This document shows, piece after piece, positions 59,578 to 64,000 of a DNA stretch of 64,000 nt. A model generated the notes under the pieces. That model saw only the letters and a program-made list of their open reading frames with translations, ran no database searches and had not been told where the DNA came from. The stretch lies in NCBI GenBank assembly GCA_965206595.1, contig OZ242214.1, positions 6,336,001-6,400,000 on the forward strand, read 5' to 3'. The position numbers were made by a program, and so were the translations under genes. Each line of letters begins with the position of its first letter. The first letter of the stretch is position 1. This stretch comes from Candidatus Latescibacterota bacterium (lineage in GTDB: Bacteria > Latescibacterota > UBA2968 > UBA8231).

Positions 59578-61352
59578 GTCCCCGGGCGCCTTCGGTTCCC
59601 ACCTGCCTCCGGGACCGGCCGCGGACCTGCCCCGGCGAGCCTGTCCTCGAAACAGGCCTCGAAGACCGCGCGCGCCACCGGAGCCGCCACCGCTCCTCCC
59701 CCCCCTCCCCCTTCAACGATCACGGCGACGGCTATCTCCGGCTTCTCGAAGGGAGCGAAGGCGATGAACCATGCGTCGTCCCCCCTGCCCGGAGCCTGCG
59801 CGGTCCCACTCTTGCCGGCGACCTCTAGGCCGTCGAGACGCAGGCGCTTCCCGGTTCCGTTGGAGCTGTAGACGACGCGGCGCATCGACTCCTTGACGAT
59901 GTTCAGGGTGCTCCTGGAAATCCCCTCGATTCTCTCTGGCCGCGGGGCCGAACCATGAACGTGGGGGGTGACGAGGTTACCGCCGTTGGCCAGGGCGGCT
60001 ACGTATCGGGCCATCTGCAGCGGCGTCGCCAGAAAAGCTCCCTGTCCGATAACGAGGTTCAGCAGGTGCCCGGCCGCCCACCACCCCTCGTTTTCGACAT
60101 AGTACTGTCGCGAGGGCAGCAGGCCGGTTCTCTCCATGAACTCCTCGTGAAAGCCGGTCGCGGCCCCGAACCCGAGCTTGGAGGCCGTGGCGTACCACGC
60201 CTTCATGCCGAGATGCTGGGCGAGGTGATAGAAATAGATGTTGCACGAGGTGGCAGTCGCTTCCAGCAGGTTCAGCGCCCCGTGCCCCTGGCGGTTGAAA
60301 CAGCGGAAGACGGTGTCTCCCACCCGCAGCGAGCCGGCGCAGGGTGGGAAGGTACTCATGGTGTCGGTTATTCCCGCTTCGAGGGCAGCTACGGAAGCGA
60401 CCAACTTCAGAGTCGAGCCGGGCGGGTACTGCCCCTGGAGCGAGCGATTCAACAGATCGTCGTCACTGGACATCAGGCGCAGCCGATCCTGCTGGGACTG
60501 GAACGACACGAAAACATTCGGATCGAAGGTCGGCCGGCTGGCCATCGCCAGCACCGCCCCGTCGCGGGGATCTAGGGCTACCACACTGCCCGCCCGGGTT
60601 TTCGGCAACGCGGCTTCGGCAGCCCGCTGAAGGTCGAGGTCCAGGGTGAGGAGGAGATCCCGTCCAGGCGTTGGGACCCGTTCTCTTTCGGGAAAGGGGA
60701 ATTCATCGATTATGCGGAGCTTGGCATCCATTTCCACGTAGCGGACACCGTCCCAGCCGCGCAGAGTGTCCTCGAAAACTCTCTCGACCCCGCTCCTGCC
60801 TACGTAGTCCCCCGAGACGTAGCGCCCCGACGACAACTTGTCGATATCGGTTGGCGGCAGTTGTCCCATGTACCCAAGCAGGTGGGAGGCCACCGGGCCA
60901 TGCGGGTACTGTCGCTGCGGCTCGATGGCGATCGCCAGGGGCCAGTCATCCATGAGGCGCTCCTCGACGATGCAGACGGTCTCGAAATCGACGTCCCGCT
61001 TCAGTCGCTTGAATCGCTCCCTGGAAGCAGAAAGGGGGATCACATCACCTAGCGCACTCTCAAGGGCGGCAATGGTTTCGGCGTTGCGCTGTGGCGTCGA
61101 CGAGATCAGCGAGACCGTGTAGGAGGCGCGGTTGCGGGAAAGGACGCGGCCATCGCGATCGAGGATACGCCCTCGCGGAGCGGTGACGCGCTTCTGGTGG
61201 ATGCGGTTGTCCTCCGACTCCTTGGCGTAGTCCGCAAAGGTCCTGACCTGCAGATGGAAGAGCCGGACCAGGAGCACGCTGAAAAGGATGGCTACCGCGA
61301 TGATCAGGACGCGGAACTTGCTCATCCACTGTTTGTGAGTCGCCGGATCCAT
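59574..61352 (-). CDS. mrdA: Penicillin-binding protein 2
   Basis: APRGRILDRDG, YPPGSTLK (SxxK), SCN (SxN), KSGTAQ; upstream of rodA. Confidence 0.95.
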   Translation of the reverse strand: MDPATHKQWMSKFRVLIIAVAILFSVLLVRLFHLQVRTFADYAKESEDNRIHQKRVTAPRGRILDRDGRVLSRNRASYTVSLISSTPQRNAETIAALESALGDVIPLSASRERFKRLKRDVDFETVCIVEERLMDDWPLAIAIEPQRQYPHGPVASHLLGYMGQLPPTDIDKLSSGRYVSGDYVGRSGVERVFEDTLRGWDGVRYVEMDAKLRIIDEFPFPERERVPTPGRDLLLTLDLDLQRAAEAALPKTRAGSVVALDPRDGAVLAMASRPTFDPNVFVSFQSQQDRLRLMSSDDDLLNRSLQGQYPPGSTLKLVASVAALEAGITDTMSTFPPCAGSLRVGDTVFRCFNRQGHGALNLLEATATSCNIYFYHLAQHLGMKAWYATASKLGFGAATGFHEEFMERTGLLPSRQYYVENEGWWAAGHLLNLVIGQGAFLATPLQMARYVAALANGGNLVTPHVHGSAPRPERIEGISRSTLNIVKESMRRVVYSSNGTGKRLRLDGLEVAGKSGTAQAPGRGDDAWFIAFAPFEKPEIAVAVIVEGGGGGGAVAAPVARAVFEACFEDRLAGAGPRPVPEAGGNRRRPGT

Positions 61353-61375
61353 GGCGGAGCAGCTTCAGCGGGAGC

Positions 61376-61858
61376 CTACAGGTGAAGACGCCGGAGCACC
61401 CGCAGAGGAAACACAAAGAGGCCGGCGGCAAGGCCGGTGTAGAACGCCCGGCCCGGTGCGTAACGCAGCCAGAAATAGGGCTTCTCGAACACCGCGATCC
61501 CGCCGTGGGCGGCGTAGAAGATCAGGTCGTGCACCAGGACGGAGGCGCAGATGATCATCACCTGAACCCGCGGGGAATCCGCCAGAACGCGGCCCCGCAG
61601 GGAGGCGACGGCGAAGGCGGTGACGGACTTGGCCAAGGTGTTCAACCCCAGCTCCCCCGGAAGATAGGTATCCTGGACGAAGCCGGCGCAGAAGGCGAGA
61701 AGGGTCGACCGAACCGGTCCTGCCCTCAGGGCGATGAAGACGACCGTCAGGATGACGACGTCGGGAAAGACCTCGAAAATACCGAGGTGATATGCCCATG
61801 TCGTCTGGATAACGAAAGCCAGGCACAGGAACAGGATCTGCCGTACCAGGTCGAGCAC
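61376..61858 (-). CDS. mreD: Rod shape-determining protein MreD
   Basis: Hydrophobic 160 aa; PDVVIL, AGFVQD, LGLNTLAK; directly upstream of mrdA. Confidence 0.85.
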   Translation of the reverse strand: MLDLVRQILFLCLAFVIQTTWAYHLGIFEVFPDVVILTVVFIALRAGPVRSTLLAFCAGFVQDTYLPGELGLNTLAKSVTAFAVASLRGRVLADSPRVQVMIICASVLVHDLIFYAAHGGIAVFEKPYFWLRYAPGRAFYTGLAAGLFVFPLRVLRRLHL

Positions 61859-61865
61859 AGAGACG

Positions 61866-63917
61866 CTAATCCACTTGGGATGGAACCCTGAGCGTCATCC
61901 CCGTGAGAAGCATCGTCGACTGGCTCATGTTGTTGTTGCGAGCAACGGAACGCGCGTTGGTGCCGAAGCGGCGCGCGATGCTATGGAGGGTGTCTCCGCT
62001 TATGACGGTGTAGAGGTCGAAACCGCCGTCCTCCGGCGGGCCCACGACAAGATCACGCCCCGGTCTGATCGTCGAATCTGTGAGCCCGTTCCAGGCGACA
62101 AGGTCGTCCAGGTCGATGCGGTATCGCCGCGACAGCCCCCACAAGGTTTCCCCTGACTGGACGCGGTGCACGGTCCCCCGGGTCGAACGCTGTGATCGTG
62201 CCGGGGCGCGCGTAGCCGATCCCGAAATCTCGAGCCGCAGCTTGTCACCTGGCCGGATCAGGTCGCCCCGCAGCCCGTTCCAGCGCTTCAGGTCGGCAAC
62301 GGCGACCCGGTACCGGCGCGCCACCACGCTCAGGGATTCGCCCCGCCGGACCGTATGAACGGAATGGGTCCCCTGCGAGCTGCCGGCGTTCGCATTGGTC
62401 CGCAACCGCCCGGTCATGGAGCCCACGGGAATGTACAGGCTTTGTCCGGGGTGAATGAGGTCTGGATTTCGCAATCCGTTGGCCTCGGCGATGTCGCGGA
62501 TGCCGATGCCGAACGCGGCCGCTATCGACGATATGCTGTCGCCGCGACGGACCACGTACCGGTCGACCCCGGGTTTCTGCGAATCGGGGAGCCGGGCGTA
62601 GGCGCGCAGCAAGGAGGGCCCGCTTCCGGCCAGGACCCGCAGGAAATACGGTTTCCCTGGAGGCGTCCACTGGCGCCGCAGCTCCGGGTTGAGGTCGCGA
62701 AGCGTCTGATAGTCGATTCCCATGAGGCGCGCCGCGGTCGGCAAGTGCACCTGTTCCGAGAACCGTACCTGCTCAATGTCGGCAGGGGTCTCCGTGGGCG
62801 GATGGTCCAGCCCGAACAGCCGCGGGTTCTTGGAGATGAGCGTCGCCGCCATCAGCAACGGCACGTAGTTACGCGTCTCCCTCGGCAACTGCAGCTCCCA
62901 AAAGTCGCGGCTTCCGGTCTTGTTGATCGCCCGCGAAACGCGCCCCTTTCCGGAATTGTACGCCGCCGCGGCCAACCGCCAATCTCCAAACTGTGCGAAC
63001 AGGTCCTTGAGGTGGCGGGCGGCGGCGCGCGTGGCCTTTTCAGGGTCGCGGCGCTCGTCGACCCAGTGAGTTCGGTCAAGGCCGTAGAGGCGGCCGGTCC
63101 CGAGCATGAACTGCCACAACCCGACCGCCTTGGCCCTGGAATAGGCGCGTGGGTTGAAGCCGCTCTCGATCATGGCCAGGTAAACGAAGTCGAGGGGAAG
63201 CCCTTCGCTGCGCAGAATTTCGAGTATCATGTCGCGGTACCTGCCCGAGCGGCGCATCCAGCTCGCGTAACTTTTTCGGCCCTTGGTCTGGAAGAAGTGA
63301 ATGCTGGCTGCGACCCGGGGGTTGTAGTCGATCGGGATGTCGCACAGAGGCGTGACCTTGTGGATGCGGACCATCTCGCTGGCATCGGGGGGAAGGTCCT
63401 CGATGCGCTCTTCCGACAATCCCTGCAGCAGAACCGATACCGGGCTGTCGGGGGACAGACTCTCGAGGTGGGGCACCAGCGTCAGGTAGGTGCGCTCCAC
63501 CGCCGCCGCAAGGCTGTCGACATCCTCCGCATACGGCGCCGGGCCGGAATACGGCACCGGTCCCGGGGCAGCGGGCGGAAGCTGGCCGGTCCCAGTTTCC
63601 CGGGTCTCTTGGCCGTCCTCCTCCTCCTCCTCCTCCTGCTGCAGGGCCGTGAGAGTGAAAAAAGCCTTGTCGAGCTCCTTTTGAGCCGACTGGAACCGCT
63701 TGGCGGCGATCTCCTCGAGCGCGCGCAGATGGCGCATGCGGGCCCGCAGAAGCAGCCGCTCGCGTTCGCGTTCGCGTTCGAGCGAGAGGTCGGCATACAC
63801 GGAATCGGCCGCCTGGGCAACGGGCTGCTGAGGGGTGTCGTGGACCACCCACTTGGTCGCGCACCCCGCCAGGTGTGCGACCAGGGACAGCAGGAACACT
63901 CGCGCGACCGCGCTCAT
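61866..63917 (-). CDS. mltD: Membrane-bound lytic murein transglycosylase D-like lipoprotein with LysM repeats
   Basis: Lipobox LAGC; IESGFNP, AVGLWQFM, DERRDP, AAYNSG, ETRNYVP; four clear C-terminal LysM repeats. Confidence 0.92.
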   Translation of the reverse strand: MSAVARVFLLSLVAHLAGCATKWVVHDTPQQPVAQAADSVYADLSLERERERERLLLRARMRHLRALEEIAAKRFQSAQKELDKAFFTLTALQQEEEEEEDGQETRETGTGQLPPAAPGPVPYSGPAPYAEDVDSLAAAVERTYLTLVPHLESLSPDSPVSVLLQGLSEERIEDLPPDASEMVRIHKVTPLCDIPIDYNPRVAASIHFFQTKGRKSYASWMRRSGRYRDMILEILRSEGLPLDFVYLAMIESGFNPRAYSRAKAVGLWQFMLGTGRLYGLDRTHWVDERRDPEKATRAAARHLKDLFAQFGDWRLAAAAYNSGKGRVSRAINKTGSRDFWELQLPRETRNYVPLLMAATLISKNPRLFGLDHPPTETPADIEQVRFSEQVHLPTAARLMGIDYQTLRDLNPELRRQWTPPGKPYFLRVLAGSGPSLLRAYARLPDSQKPGVDRYVVRRGDSISSIAAAFGIGIRDIAEANGLRNPDLIHPGQSLYIPVGSMTGRLRTNANAGSSQGTHSVHTVRRGESLSVVARRYRVAVADLKRWNGLRGDLIRPGDKLRLEISGSATRAPARSQRSTRGTVHRVQSGETLWGLSRRYRIDLDDLVAWNGLTDSTIRPGRDLVVGPPEDGGFDLYTVISGDTLHSIARRFGTNARSVARNNNMSQSTMLLTGMTLRVPSQVD

Positions 63918-64000
63918 TGGTCCTCCTTCGGAACCGTCACCTCGCGGCGCACTTTCAGGGCGCTGGGAAAGCCGCGTCTCTTGACCAACGCCACCAGCTC
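63914..64000 (-). CDS. 3' end of an upstream gene (partial)
   Basis: Open frame ELVALVKRRGFPSALKVRREVTVPKEDQ* with ATGA overlap into mltD. Confidence 0.55.
   Translation of the reverse strand, partial: ELVALVKRRGFPSALKVRREVTVPKEDQ

Noticed and set aside
63617-63782. (CTC)n and (TTCGCG)n microsatellites in mltD
   Set aside because: In-frame poly-Glu and ER repeats in a low-complexity linker; no frameshift potential

Overview
High-GC bacterial genomic window. Many secreted proteins carry FlgD-Ig/T9SS-like C-terminal tails and there is a large catabolic repertoire (PhyH, enolase-family, SDR, M81, HpcH aldolase, GH2-like, PQQ enzymes). This is most reminiscent of FCB-group lineages such as Latescibacterota/Gemmatimonadota (inference). 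Left part: msrP and catabolic genes. A visibly lower-GC island at about 17.2-25.0 kb holds a mad3/mad4-like ATPase pair converging on a four-gene operon: membrane coiled-coil protein, vWA-like protein, MotA/ExbB/ZorA-like channel with a long helical tail, and a MotB-like partner with no OmpA domain. This operon is the best candidate for an undescribed, Zorya-like ion-motor system. Centre: an operon of three paralogous secreted proteins with TPNGDxxND/FlgD tails plus a large putative outer-membrane protein, two PQQ-type dehydrogenases, and a complete IS1380-family element. Right part: mazG pair, parA, two divergent sensor-less sigma54 activators with a -24/-12 promoter, and mltD-mreD-mrdA-rodA-TPR with no mreBC. 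Several frameshifts and deletion scars are present; some are probably sequencing errors. All family assignments come from motif recognition by eye, with no database search. No rRNA, tRNA or CRISPR array was recognised.
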